Part shown: piece after piece, positions 31,961 through 42,294 of the stretch
How the letters are laid out: each line of letters starts with the position of its first letter
How positions within the stretch are numbered: position 1 is the stretch's first letter
Source of the DNA: Candidatus Methanomethylophilaceae archaeon
GTDB lineage: Archaea; Thermoplasmatota; Thermoplasmata; Methanomassiliicoccales; Methanomethylophilaceae
Assembly: GCA_944320495.1 (NCBI GenBank)
Contig: CALUHR010000013.1
Coordinates: 160,001-224,000, forward strand
Length of the DNA: 64,000 nt
Direction of reading: 5' to 3'
Notes under the pieces: generated by a model
The model's input: only the letters and a program-made list of their open reading frames with translations
Databases searched by the model: none
What the model was told of the DNA's origin: nothing
Translations under genes and position numbers: made by a program

Positions 31961-31970
31961 CACTTATAAA
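31961..31970 (-). promoter_or_regulatory. Putative TATA box of the rpl18e operon
   Basis: TTTATAAGTG on the minus strand about 50 nt upstream of the rpl18e ATG, in GC-rich surroundings. Confidence 0.55.
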
Positions 31971-31985
31971 GGTATGCCGAACCCG

Positions 31986-32342
31986 TCGGCGAAGGCCGAC
32001 CTGCTCCTTCCACAGCCGCCTCGCCGTGATGTTTCCGTAGAGCCACAGCACGAACATCGCGAACACCATCAGGAATCCCGGGAGCGAATCCACACGGACC
32101 CCCATGGAACCGGGCTCGCTGTATCCGTACAGCGCTACCACGAGGACCAGGAGTATGACGCTCGGTATGAACACCTTCAGACCGCGGTCCCTGTCGCCAA
32201 GGTACACGAGGCCCATTCCCGGAAGGACCAGTGACAGTATCATCGCGACCACCTCGCTCTTGCCGCCGTCGACCCAGGTCCCGCATGACGGGCAACGGTG
32301 CAGATTGCTGGGTATCTCGGCTCCGCATTCCCTGCAATACAT
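31986..32342 (-). CDS. Zinc-ribbon plus TM2-like membrane protein (118 aa)
   Basis: MYCRECGAE..CPSCG, ILSLVLPGMGLVYLG, two further hydrophobic segments; CGA at 31986-31988; under the standard code it reads through into rpl18e. Confidence 0.82.
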
Positions 32343-32621
32343 CGCATCCCCATCTACGTATGGTTGCCGGGGGAATTAAATACATATGGGGGGCCAGATG
32401 TCCTGTCCCCCGATATGGACGGGGCGGCCTATGTGTTGGTGCCTGGTCCAAACGGAACAGGTCGTGCATCCTGTTCCGGACATGATGCCATCGTGTGTAT
32501 CCTCACAGGGATGATGCGCAGATGACTTCCGTACATCCGGAATTGATACGATGGGTGCAAAAACGCCCGAATCCTATTCTCATGAACGTTCGGACACAGC
32601 GCCGTGGAAGCGTTTGGGACC

Positions 32622-32644
32622 GCGAGGGGTGCAGACCCCCTCGC
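32622..32644 (-). terminator. Hairpin after ilvE
   Basis: GCGAGGGGT-GCAG-ACCCCCTCGC, 10 nt past the stop. Confidence 0.4.
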
Positions 32645-32654
32645 AGGTCCAGGA

Positions 32655-33584
32655 TCAGTTGACGTAGTACAGCCAGGACTCGTACTGGGGGTCCTTGCCG
32701 GTGGCGATGTCGCGGAACTTGTTGTGGATCCTGGTGGCGACCTCGCCGATCTTGCCCTCGCCGACGGGCTTGCCGTCGATCATGGTGACGGGGGCGATCT
32801 CCGCGGCGGTTCCAGTCATCCAGACCTCCTCGGAGGACATCAGCATGAACCTGGAGACGGGGCACTCGTCGACCTCGTAGCCCATGTCCCTGGCGACCTT
32901 GATGATGGAGTCCCTGGTTATGCCCTCGAGGATGCTCTCGGCGACGGACGGGGTGATGATCTTCCCGTGGCGGTACATGAAGATGTTCTCCCCGGTGCAC
33001 TCCGCGACGTGTCCGACGGAGTTGAGCATGACGGCCTCGTTGGCACCCTGCCTGACGGCCTCCCTCTTGGCGAGGGTGGAGGCGACGTAGGACCCGTTGA
33101 CCTTGGCCCCGGCGGGTCCGCACAGGTTGTCGGGCCTCTGCCACGAGGAGGTGATGAGCTTGGCTCCGGCGGAGGTGGACGGTCCGAGGTAGTCCCCCAT
33201 GTGGATGCAGGTGATCGCGAAGGACGCGGGGACGCCGACTGGGTTGAGGCCGACCTCCTCTCCGCTGAGGAAGACGCAGGGCTTGACGTAGTCGACGGTG
33301 TCGCCGTTGGCGCGGACGGCATCGCGGATGGCGTCCATGACGTCCTGGAGCCCGTACTCCTTGCCGTCGAAGACGAGGTCGATGCCCATGATCCTGCATC
33401 CGTCGAGGAGCCTCTGGGCGTGCTCCTTGAGCCTGAAGATGGCCATGCCCTTGGGGGTGTGGTAGACCCTGATCCCCTCGAACACGCCGGTCCCGTAGTT
33501 GAGGGCGTGTGCGAGGACGTGGACCTTGGCGTCCTCCCAGTTGACGAGCTTGCCGTTCAGCCAGATCTTCTCGGTCTTGTCCAT
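32655..33584 (-). CDS. ilvE: Branched-chain amino acid aminotransferase
   Basis: HALNYGTGVFEGIR, AKVNGSY, ECTGENIF, ILEGITR, TGTAAEI. Confidence 0.96.
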   Translation of the reverse strand: MDKTEKIWLNGKLVNWEDAKVHVLAHALNYGTGVFEGIRVYHTPKGMAIFRLKEHAQRLLDGCRIMGIDLVFDGKEYGLQDVMDAIRDAVRANGDTVDYVKPCVFLSGEEVGLNPVGVPASFAITCIHMGDYLGPSTSAGAKLITSSWQRPDNLCGPAGAKVNGSYVASTLAKREAVRQGANEAVMLNSVGHVAECTGENIFMYRHGKIITPSVAESILEGITRDSIIKVARDMGYEVDECPVSRFMLMSSEEVWMTGTAAEIAPVTMIDGKPVGEGKIGEVATRIHNKFRDIATGKDPQYESWLYYVN

Positions 33585-33668
33585 GGAAAATCACCGTTCG
33601 AAGCGCGTTCGGCGCCTTTAGTGTTCACACGCGCACGCGAATCGGTGTATATACACGTTTTCGGAGCT

Positions 33669-34700
33669 TCGCTCGCGGAGAATCGCGTCCACCGCATCGG
33701 AGAACGGGACATCCCCGCCGACGCGGAATGTGCGGCACCCCAGACGGCGACCGAACTCCATGTCGGAGTCGCTGTCGCCGACCATCCACGACCTGGACGG
33801 GTCTATGCCGTACCTGGCCATGGCGGCGAGCCCCATGCCTATCTCCGGCTTGCGGCACGAGCAGTTCTCGTCCGGCCGGTGGGGGCAGTAGAAGATGTCG
33901 TCGATGCGCCCGCCCCCGGCCTCGACGGTGCGCCGGAGCTTGGAGTGGATGGCATCGAGGGTCGCGAGGTCGAAGTAGCCGCGGTTGAGCCCGGACTGGT
34001 TGGTTATCACTATGACCAGGTATCCTGCGCGGTTGAGCCTGGCGATCGCCTCCGGGACGTCGGGGTAGACCTCGAACTTGTCCGGGTCGTCGCAGTAGGG
34101 GACGTTCCTGGCGACGGTGTCGTCCCTGTCGATGAATACGGCTCGGCTGCCGAAGAGCTCCCTCTCGACGATGCCGGCCACGATGTGGCAGGCGCAGAGG
34201 TAGCCCTCCTGGACGTGGGGGGTCTCGGTGGTGGGGATGACGACCGCGTGGTCCGCGATCTCCCTCATCTTCCCGCAGTCGCCGGTGAAGGCGATGGTCA
34301 CGCCTCCGCGGGCCTTGGCCTCCTCCATCGCGAGGATCACGTTCTTGGAGTTGCCGGATGTGGAGAGCCCGACGAGGACGTCCCCCTTCCTGCAGATCCC
34401 CTCGACCTGCCTCTTGAACACGATGTCGTAGCTGTAGTCGTTCCCGATGGCGGTCACGGGGGCGATGTTGGACAGGCACACGCCGGGGAGCGCGGGACGC
34501 TCCATCATGTACCTGCCGGAGAACTCGGCGGCGATGTGCTGCGCGTCTGCGGACGAACCGCCGTTGCCGCAGAATATGACCTGATTGCCGTTGCGGAACG
34601 CATCCCTGATGATGTCCGCAGCTTTCCTGATCTGGGCGGGATCGATCGCGGAGATCGCCGCAGCCGCCTTCCCAAGCTCCGCCGTAATCGCGTCAGTCAT
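33669..34700 (-). CDS. gmhA: Fused phosphoheptose isomerase (GmhA) / heptose-bisphosphate phosphatase (GmhB)
   Basis: CGNGGSSADAQH, GNDYSY, STSGNS, HVQE; then DRDDT, ITNQSG, CPH..C.CRKP, MVGD; CGA at 33669-33671; standard stop at 33618. Confidence 0.92.
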
Positions 34701-35709
34701 TTGGATATCTCCAGGATGTCACGCCCTGGGGCTCGAACATGAAGTCGGTGACCTTCGCGCCCATCTTCCCGAGCTCCTGCGCGACATTGTACTTGCGGTC
34801 GTATTCGCATATGAAGTACATGAACCCGCCACCTCCGGCGCCGGTGACCTTGCCACCTATCGCGCCGGCCGACCGCGCGGCGGAGTACATCGCATCTATC
34901 TGCGGATTGGTGATCTTGTTGGAGAACTGCTTCTTGTAGGTCCAGGCCTCGTCGAGGATCTCCCCGGCGGTCCTGATGTCGCCCCTCTCCATGGCCACGT
35001 TCATGGCCTTCGCCAGCCCCTTGGTCCTGTCCAGGGCCTCCTCGTTCTGACCCTTGTTGAACTTGGAGACCTGGCTCTCGATGATGGAGGCGGACTCGCG
35101 GGTGTGGCCGATGTAGCACAGGAGCGAGCAGTACTGGAGTTCATTGACGGTGTCCGGGTCGATCCTGACGCGGTTGACGTTGACGCCGCTGCTGTTGAAG
35201 AGCATGTAGTTGAAACCGCCAAACACTGCCGCGTACTGGTCCTGCTTGCCTCCCTTGAGACCTATGTCCTCCCTCTCCAGCTTGTAGGCCAGGCTGGCCA
35301 TCTCGTGGCCGGTGAGCCTGATGTTCTGCCACTCGCACATGGCAGCGATGATGGAAACGATGACCGTCGACGAACCCCCGAGGCCGGATCCGGGAGGGGC
35401 CTCGGACTGCAGGAACATCTTGAATCCGTCCGTGACCTCGAAGTGGTTGGTCACGGCCTTGATGAGGTCCATGTTGCCGTCGAGCTTGAGCGGTCCGCCG
35501 TCGAGGGACGCCTCGTACTTCCCGTAGTCGGTGGAGTGGACAGACATGGAGTGGTCGTCGGTCGGGGTTATCGTGCAGTATGCATAGCGGTTGATGGTCG
35601 TGTTGAAGACCGCTCCGCCCTTCTTCGACGCGTACGGGTCGACGTCGGTGCCACCTCCCGCGAGGCCTATCCTCAGTGGCGCCCTAGCCCTGTAGTGCGT
35701 ACCATGCAT
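34693..35709 (-). CDS. hddA: D-glycero-alpha-D-manno-heptose 7-phosphate kinase-like GHMP kinase
   Basis: RAPLRIGLAGGGTDV, PPGSGLGGSS, GGKQDQY, GKVTGAGGGGF; coupled to gmhA-gmhB. Confidence 0.85.
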   Translation of the reverse strand: MHGTHYRARAPLRIGLAGGGTDVDPYASKKGGAVFNTTINRYAYCTITPTDDHSMSVHSTDYGKYEASLDGGPLKLDGNMDLIKAVTNHFEVTDGFKMFLQSEAPPGSGLGGSSTVIVSIIAAMCEWQNIRLTGHEMASLAYKLEREDIGLKGGKQDQYAAVFGGFNYMLFNSSGVNVNRVRIDPDTVNELQYCSLLCYIGHTRESASIIESQVSKFNKGQNEEALDRTKGLAKAMNVAMERGDIRTAGEILDEAWTYKKQFSNKITNPQIDAMYSAARSAGAIGGKVTGAGGGGFMYFICEYDRKYNVAQELGKMGAKVTDFMFEPQGVTSWRYPND

Positions 35710-35881
35710 CCCATTTACCCCTAGAGACGCCCCGATGTAGACAGGGTGTCTGATTTCGCAATTCTATGGGTAATATATAACAATGAGCGTCGAACCCTGC
35801 GATTTCCACGTGCTGGCACATTATGCGGTAGCGCGAAAGGCCAGTCCTCGCATTTATAACATGGAAGACGATTGCCGACCG

Positions 35882-37030
35882 ATGCGGATCGCGATGATGA
35901 CCGACAGCTGGTACCCCACGAGGGACGGCGTCGTCACTTCTGTCACCATAATCAAGGAGTCCCTGGAAGCACTGGGGCACGAGGTGTTCATCATAGCCCC
36001 GGAGCCCGAGGAGGAGTTCAGGCAGGACGGGGTCTACTACTTCCCGTCCGTGCGCTTCAAGTCGTACGATGGGTACTACGTGCCGATCTACCCCTCCCAC
36101 AAGAAGAGGATCCTGAAAGAGATCGACCCCGACGTCATCCACATACACGGCGTGGCCACCATGGCCATAAGGGGCCTGATCAGCGGCCACGAGCTGGGGA
36201 TCCCCACGGTCATGACGTTCCACACCATGGTGGACGACGCCGCCCGCTACTATTCCCCGATCAAGATGTCCCCGCAGACCATGGAGAGGCTCATCTGGAT
36301 CTACCTCAGGCAGATCCTGAAGCGCGCCGACGTCGTCGTCACGCCCACGTCGTGCATCGGCAGGGAGCTCGCATCCCACGGCGCCGAGTGCAGGAACCTG
36401 GTGACCATCCCCACGGGGACGGACGTCGCGAAGTTCCACCCCGGGATCGAATCCGGGTACGTCAGGGATAGGTACGGCCTCGAGGGCAGGAGGGTCGTCA
36501 TCCACGTCGGCCGCATATCCTACGAGAAGGATCTGGACATGGTCGTCCGCGCCATGACGAAGGTCGACGCGGTGCTCCTCGTGGCCGGGAAGGGCCCGGC
36601 AAAAGAGGACATCGAACACCTCGTGGACGAGCTGGGCCTCCGGGAGAAGGTCGTTTTCGCCGGCTTCGTCCCCGACGAGGAGCTGCCGGCGTTCTACAAC
36701 GCGGCGGACATAGCCGTCTCCGCGTCCAAGTTCGAGACTCAGGGACTGTCCATCCTGGAGGCCATGGCTTCCGGGAAGCCGGTCGCCTGCAGGAACGGCC
36801 GCGCATTCGCGGAGATCGTGAGGGACGGCGAGAACGGGTACCTCTTCGACGACGTCGATGGGTGCGCCGCCGCCATGGAGAGGGCGTTCGACGCGCCGGC
36901 GGAGGTCCGCGAGGCCTCGTACCGCACCGCACTGGAGAACTCCCGCGAGAGGAGCGCCGAGCTCTACGTCGGGGCGTACGAGCTGGCGAAGAGGACGAGG
37001 GCGGAGAGGATCGGCCATGGGACTGAGTGA
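35882..37030 (+). CDS. GT4 glycosyltransferase
   Basis: MRIAMMTDSWYP..DGVVTS, GRISYEK, ETQGLSILEAMASG; an in-frame CGA at 35876 lies just upstream of the chosen ATG. Confidence 0.92.
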   Translation: MRIAMMTDSWYPTRDGVVTSVTIIKESLEALGHEVFIIAPEPEEEFRQDGVYYFPSVRFKSYDGYYVPIYPSHKKRILKEIDPDVIHIHGVATMAIRGLISGHELGIPTVMTFHTMVDDAARYYSPIKMSPQTMERLIWIYLRQILKRADVVVTPTSCIGRELASHGAECRNLVTIPTGTDVAKFHPGIESGYVRDRYGLEGRRVVIHVGRISYEKDLDMVVRAMTKVDAVLLVAGKGPAKEDIEHLVDELGLREKVVFAGFVPDEELPAFYNAADIAVSASKFETQGLSILEAMASGKPVACRNGRAFAEIVRDGENGYLFDDVDGCAAAMERAFDAPAEVREASYRTALENSRERSAELYVGAYELAKRTRAERIGHGTE

Positions 37031-37604
37031 GTGGCTGTTCGGGCTGTTCTCCGGCATGGGGGACCCTGGGATCGTCCTGTGCGTTTTCCTGCTCTTCCTG
37101 ATCGACGCCCTGTTCTTCCCCACCTTGCCGGAGCTGTTCATGGTCCTCGGCTTCGGGGCCAACCCCACATTGGAGTTCGCGGTCGTCCTGCTCGGGGTGG
37201 CGATAGTCGCCGAGCTCGTCGGCGTGTTCACGCTGTACTTCGTGGTATCGAGGATCAAGGTGCCGGAGCGCATATCGCGCATCGCGAAGAAATACATCGG
37301 ATTCCTGGTGGTCAGCGACGAGAAGATAATCCTGGTCAACCGCGTGGCGCCCATGATCCCCTTCCTCGGTGCGTTCATCGCCATGATAGACACGTGGGAC
37401 AGGCGCAAGTGCGCGCTGTACATCGTGATCGGCTGCGTGCTGAAGTACGGGGTCATCCTCGCCGCCAGCGGGTTCTTCCTCAACTATCTGGGAAGCGACA
37501 CGGCCCAGAGCGTCACGCTCGTCTTCATATTCGCAGTGCTCATAGTGAGCTTCGTCGCCTCCTTCTACAAGAAGAGGAAGGAGGGCCTGGAGGGATCCGA
37601 ATGA
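37017..37604 (+). CDS. DedA/SNARE-like membrane protein
   Basis: Several hydrophobic helices; FFPTLPE, NRVAPMIP. Confidence 0.6.
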   Translation: MGLSEWLFGLFSGMGDPGIVLCVFLLFLIDALFFPTLPELFMVLGFGANPTLEFAVVLLGVAIVAELVGVFTLYFVVSRIKVPERISRIAKKYIGFLVVSDEKIILVNRVAPMIPFLGAFIAMIDTWDRRKCALYIVIGCVLKYGVILAASGFFLNYLGSDTAQSVTLVFIFAVLIVSFVASFYKKRKEGLEGSE

Positions 37605-38677
37605 GATTCGTGGACGTCAACCCGTTCTTCTATCCGCATCACGGCGGCATCGAGACCCGTATGCACGACACCGCCAGACTGCTGGCCGCCAGAGGGCACG
37701 ACGTCACCATCCTCACCGGAAGGCTCCCGGACACGCCCGAGGAGGAGAGGACCGAGTACGGATACAGGGTCGTCCGCCTGCCCTCGAGGCTCATCAACGT
37801 ATACAACCCCCCGTTCATCTCGTCCAAGGGGGTGTTCGAGACCCTCGAGTCCATGGACGCCGACGTCGTGAACTACAACTACCGCTGGGCCCCGTCCTAC
37901 AACAAGGACCTGAAGAGGTACGACGGCAGGAAGGTGTTCACCTACCACAACATGTGGGGCGAGGGCATAGGCGTGCAGGCGAGGCTGTCGGAGATCAACG
38001 ACAACGGCTTCCGCTCCACCCTGGACACATTCGACCACATCGTCTGCGTCAGCGATTACGTGAAGGGGGACCTGATCCGCAGGGGGATCCCCGCGGAGAG
38101 ACTGACCACCATCCCCACCTGCATGGACATGCCCCCTCTGAGGAACGTCCCCGAAGGCGATTACATCCTCTCGCTCGGAAGGCTCGTGGCCACCAAGGGA
38201 TTGAGCTACCTCATCGATGCGATGGAGGAGATCGACTGTCGGCTGGTTCTCTGCGGCAAGGGCCCGGAGGAGAAGGAGATACGCCGCAGGATCGAGAGGC
38301 TCGGGCTGCAGGACAGGGTCGACATGCGCGGATACGTCCCCGAGGAGGAGAAGGACTCACTGATCGACGGTTGCAGACTGTTCGTCATGCCGTCGCTCTT
38401 CGAATCGTTCGGACTGGCCGCGCTGGAGGTCATGTCGCATGGCAAGCCCCTTGTCTGCACGGACGTCAACGGCCTGCCGGACACCGTCCGCGACGGCGGC
38501 GTCCTGGTGCCGCCGAGGGACTCCCGCGCCATAGCGTCCGCGGTGAACTCGCTGCTTGCGGACGATGGTGGGAGAAAAGAGAAGGGGATGCGGGCCAGGG
38601 CGGTCGCGGAGACCTACACCTGGGACCGCTGGATCCCCGTGTACGAGAAGGTCCTTGCCGACGTCACAGCGCGTTGA
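37601..38677 (+). CDS. GT4 glycosyltransferase
   Basis: FYPHHGGIE, LGRLVATKG, ESFGLAALEVM; ATGA overlap. Confidence 0.92.
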   Translation: MRFVDVNPFFYPHHGGIETRMHDTARLLAARGHDVTILTGRLPDTPEEERTEYGYRVVRLPSRLINVYNPPFISSKGVFETLESMDADVVNYNYRWAPSYNKDLKRYDGRKVFTYHNMWGEGIGVQARLSEINDNGFRSTLDTFDHIVCVSDYVKGDLIRRGIPAERLTTIPTCMDMPPLRNVPEGDYILSLGRLVATKGLSYLIDAMEEIDCRLVLCGKGPEEKEIRRRIERLGLQDRVDMRGYVPEEEKDSLIDGCRLFVMPSLFESFGLAALEVMSHGKPLVCTDVNGLPDTVRDGGVLVPPRDSRAIASAVNSLLADDGGRKEKGMRARAVAETYTWDRWIPVYEKVLADVTAR

Positions 38678-39026
38678 GCGCCTTGACGTAGTGGTCGGGC
38701 TTCATGCGGTCGATGACCTCCTCGACCTCGTCCGACCCTCCGACCAGACCGACGTTGCCGTTGCTGGTCGAGATGAGCGCGTAGGCGGACTGCCCCGACT
38801 CGGGGATGAGCTCCGCCTCGTAGACGTCCTGGAGCTTCTGGAGCCTTCCGATGGCGGTCTGCGCGGCATCGTGGCCGACGACGGACAGGACCATCCTGGA
38901 CTTGCCGGGGAGCTCGCACTTTCCGACGACGATGGTCTCGACGTTGATCTTGTTGCGGGTGAACTCCCCCATGACCCTCTGCATGACCCCGAACTCGTTC
39001 TTGACGATTAGAGAGATGACGTGCAT
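38664..39026 (-). CDS. ACT-domain protein (acetolactate synthase small subunit-like)
   Basis: ISLIVKNEFGVMQRVMGEFTRNKINVETIVVG...SRM. Confidence 0.7.
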   Translation of the reverse strand: MHVISLIVKNEFGVMQRVMGEFTRNKINVETIVVGKCELPGKSRMVLSVVGHDAAQTAIGRLQKLQDVYEAELIPESGQSAYALISTSNGNVGLVGGSDEVEEVIDRMKPDHYVKALNAL

Positions 39027-39085
39027 GTTTCCACCGTGGCCGCGAAGGGAATACAGATATATTTGGCTGTGCTGGGCGACACCGA

Positions 39086-40012
39086 ATGTCTGACGGGAGC
39101 ATGGACGGGAAGGGGTCCGCCGACCCCATTGGTATCTCCATCGGCATCTGCGCCTACAACGAGGAGGGCATCATCGAGAGGTCAATCCGCTCGATATACG
39201 ACCAGAGGCTCGACGGCATAGAGGTCAGGGAGGTGCTGGTCGTCTCCAGCGGGAGCACCGACCGCACCGACGAGATCGTCCGCTCCCTCATGACCGAGTT
39301 CGACAACATCGTGTTCCTTCCCCAGGAGAGGCGCGAGGGCAAGAACTCGGCGATCAACCTCTACCTGGACAACATGACCTCGGACATCGCCGTCATGCTG
39401 AACGCCGACAACCTCTTCGCCTGCGAGGACTCTCTCCAGCGCCTGGTCGAGCCGTTCAGGGACCCGGAGGTCGGGATGGTTGGCGGGCATCCCATACCAA
39501 CCAACGACCCGTCCGACAAGGTGGGATTCGCATCCCGGATGCTGTGGGCGATGCACCACAACGTCGCCATGATCTCCCCCAAGATCGGCGAGCTCGTGGC
39601 ATTCCGTGACATCGGCACCAGGCTCAGGACCGACCTCCAGTCGGACGAGGACATCATCCGTATGAACCTGGAGAAGGCCGGATACAGGATCGTCTACGCC
39701 CCGGATGCCACCATCTACAACCGCGGCCCCGAGACCGAGGAGGACTTCCTCAAGCAGAGGGTCCGCGTGAACATCGGCGAGATCACGATGAGGAAGATCT
39801 ACGGCGACGACTACCGGGTGTCCTCGTGGGACAACAAGGTCCTCGTCAGGGCCTACGTCCAGACGATGCGCGACCTGGGCTTCCATCCGCTGAAGATGCT
39901 CTACATGACCCGCCTGGAGCTGAAGGCCCGCAGGATGGCCAAGGAGCACGTCGCCCGCGGTGACGACAACATGAGCTGCTGGGACCCCGTCACCAGCACC
40001 AAGCGCCTCTGA
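39086..40012 (+). CDS. GT2 glycosyltransferase
   Basis: CAYNEE, SGSTDRT, GKNSAIN, NADN, QRVRVNIG. Confidence 0.9.
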   Translation: MSDGSMDGKGSADPIGISIGICAYNEEGIIERSIRSIYDQRLDGIEVREVLVVSSGSTDRTDEIVRSLMTEFDNIVFLPQERREGKNSAINLYLDNMTSDIAVMLNADNLFACEDSLQRLVEPFRDPEVGMVGGHPIPTNDPSDKVGFASRMLWAMHHNVAMISPKIGELVAFRDIGTRLRTDLQSDEDIIRMNLEKAGYRIVYAPDATIYNRGPETEEDFLKQRVRVNIGEITMRKIYGDDYRVSSWDNKVLVRAYVQTMRDLGFHPLKMLYMTRLELKARRMAKEHVARGDDNMSCWDPVTSTKRL

Positions 40013-40049
40013 GAAGGAGATGAAAGCGGTTTCTCGGGACGGACCCGGG

Positions 40050-41072
40050 TCAGACGCTGCGGCCCTCGTCGAGGACCTCCCCAGCCTTCACGACGGTCCC
40101 GTCCGCCAGGACCGAGTTGGACACCTTCGCGCCCTTCCCTATCCTGCATCCCTCCCCGAGGATCGAGTTGACGATCTCGGCGCCGTGCACCTCGCAGCCG
40201 CTCATCACGAGCGCCCTGTCGAGAGTGGAGTTCCTGACGGATGCTGAATCCAGGATCACCGTGTCGGTGAGCCTGCTCCCGTGGGCGGAGGCCCCGTGCC
40301 CGAGATAGAACGGCCCCTCGATGGCGCAACCGGGCGCCTTCCAGTCCCTGTCGCCGTACTCCGCCTCGGCGATGGCGAGGTTCGCCCTCAGCAGGTCCCT
40401 CGGGCGGCCGACGTCCATCCAGATGCCGTCGACGGTGTGACCCTGGATCCTGCGGCCCTCGGACATCAGCTTCGGGACGAGGTCCTTCGAGAAGTCGTAG
40501 AACGTGTGCTCGGGGACCTCGGAGAGCACGTCCTTCTGCAGGACGTACACTCCGGCATTGATGAGGTTGGAGAACACCTCCTCCGGCTTCGGCTTCTCCT
40601 TGAACTCGCTGATCCTGTTGTCGTCGTCCACGCGGGCGATCCCGAACTCGCACGGGTTGTCCACGGGGGTGAGGGCGATCGTCACGGCGGCGCCGGTCTC
40701 CTGATGGGTGCGGATCTCCGCGGACACGTCCATGGAGACGAACACGTCGCCGTTGGCCGCCACGAACGTGTCGTCCAGACGGTCCTCCACCAGCTTCATC
40801 GCCCCGCCGGTGCCCATGGGCTCGTCCTCATAGGAGTACTGGATGTCGATGCCCAGGTCCGAGCCGTCGCCGATCGTGCGGCGCATGAGCTCGGACTTGT
40901 ACCCGCACGCGAGAATGACCTCCTCTATGCCACCGTAGGCCAGCGACCTGAGCAGGTACCAGAGGCACGGCCTGTCCGCCACGGGCAGTATGATCTTCGG
41001 TCTCGTCTCCGTCAGAGGGAGGAGCCTGGTGCCCTTGCCCCCGACCATCACGACCGCCTGTCTCACCTTCAT
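40050..41072 (-). CDS. Sugar-phosphate nucleotidyltransferase (mannose-1-P guanylyltransferase/HddC-like)
   Basis: VGGKGTRLLPLT..RPK, EPMGTGGA, NGDV, INAGVY, WMDVG; C-terminal beta-helix repeats. Confidence 0.9.
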   Translation of the reverse strand: MKVRQAVVMVGGKGTRLLPLTETRPKIILPVADRPCLWYLLRSLAYGGIEEVILACGYKSELMRRTIGDGSDLGIDIQYSYEDEPMGTGGAMKLVEDRLDDTFVAANGDVFVSMDVSAEIRTHQETGAAVTIALTPVDNPCEFGIARVDDDNRISEFKEKPKPEEVFSNLINAGVYVLQKDVLSEVPEHTFYDFSKDLVPKLMSEGRRIQGHTVDGIWMDVGRPRDLLRANLAIAEAEYGDRDWKAPGCAIEGPFYLGHGASAHGSRLTDTVILDSASVRNSTLDRALVMSGCEVHGAEIVNSILGEGCRIGKGAKVSNSVLADGTVVKAGEVLDEGRSV

Positions 41073-41953
41073 CTGGATCCCTCCGGCATGACGACCTTCA
41101 CCACGTTTATGTTCTGCGGGACCCCGAGCGCCCTTGCCACCGGGGCGCACTTGGAGCGCAGGATGTGCACGACCGGGACTGGGATGCTCCTGCCGGAGGT
41201 GGCCTCGAAGTTGGCCATGCCCTTGGCGATGATGAGCCCGCATCCATCGATCTCCTCCTGGAGGTCCTGGGGGACGTCGTCCCAATCGATGCCGACGTAG
41301 AACTTCCCGGTGCTGAGCAGCCTGTCGGCGACCCTGTCGATGCCCACGCGCTTCGCGTCCTCCATGGTGACGTCGTTGAGGATCGGCGCTCCGCGGACCA
41401 CGCCGACGACGCGCTTGCCCATTTCCCTGAGCAGCCTCATGAGGACCATGTCCAGGCGGCTCTCGCCGCAGTTGTCGAACATGTAGACCACGCCGGGGAC
41501 CTCGGACAGCAGGTCCTCGAGCATGCCGACGTCGTCCAGGCCCAGGCCCTGCGCGACGATGTCGTCGTAGACCTCGGAGAAGAGGTCGGGATCGTCGATG
41601 GTCGCGCCGGACCCGAAATCCATGACGTTGCCCGCGACGGCTCCCATGATGGCCGTCCTGAGGGGCTCGTCCGATGCCTCGACCATCTCCTCCAGCTGGC
41701 GCTCGAACGGCTCAGCGACGGCGTCCGCCCTGCACTTGAGCTCGAAGTAGGGGTCCTCGGACCTGATCGCGCGGTAGGAGCGCCAGTGGACCTCCGATGA
41801 TATCTTGACGGAATCCACCTCGGGGTCCATCCTGCTGCCGAGGACCTCCGCGGCCGCCTTGACGGCGTCGAACTCCAGGCCGTTGCCGACCAGGCGGGAT
41901 TGGAAGAGGACCCGGCGCATGAGACAGGGTCCGCAGTCTGCGGTGAACTTCAT
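41069..41953 (-). CDS. DUF89/ARMT1-like metal-dependent phosphatase
   Basis: DCGPC, DPY...K, AGNVMDFG, DNCGE, AKGMANFE. Confidence 0.88.
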   Translation of the reverse strand: MKFTADCGPCLMRRVLFQSRLVGNGLEFDAVKAAAEVLGSRMDPEVDSVKISSEVHWRSYRAIRSEDPYFELKCRADAVAEPFERQLEEMVEASDEPLRTAIMGAVAGNVMDFGSGATIDDPDLFSEVYDDIVAQGLGLDDVGMLEDLLSEVPGVVYMFDNCGESRLDMVLMRLLREMGKRVVGVVRGAPILNDVTMEDAKRVGIDRVADRLLSTGKFYVGIDWDDVPQDLQEEIDGCGLIIAKGMANFEATSGRSIPVPVVHILRSKCAPVARALGVPQNINVVKVVMPEGSR

Positions 41954-42015
41954 GGAAAAACACGCTCCTATCGGAGAAAAGGTTGTGATGCGGGGTCTCC
42001 CCCGCGTTTACGGTC

Positions 42016-42285
42016 TCAGACGACCGTGTTGGAGACGCACTCGACGTTCTCGATCCCGGGGATGGAGCGGAGCCCGGCCTCGAGCTTTCCGCCGACCTCC
42101 TCGTCGGAGTCGTCGATGAGGAACCCGGCGTAGACCTTCATGAGTCCGAACGCGACGGGCTTGACCTCGGTCTCGAGGACCTTGACACCCTCGGGGACCA
42201 CGTTGTTGAGCTGAGCGATGACCTCATCGAGGTTGACCTCGGTGCTCTCGGGCATGAGGTCGTAAGCTGCGGCGATCTGTCCCAT
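42016..42285 (-). CDS. ef1b: Elongation factor 1-beta
   Basis: MPESTEVNLD, PVAFGL. Confidence 0.93.
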   Translation of the reverse strand: MGQIAAAYDLMPESTEVNLDEVIAQLNNVVPEGVKVLETEVKPVAFGLMKVYAGFLIDDSDEEVGGKLEAGLRSIPGIENVECVSNTVV

Positions 42286-42294
42286 GTACAGTCC

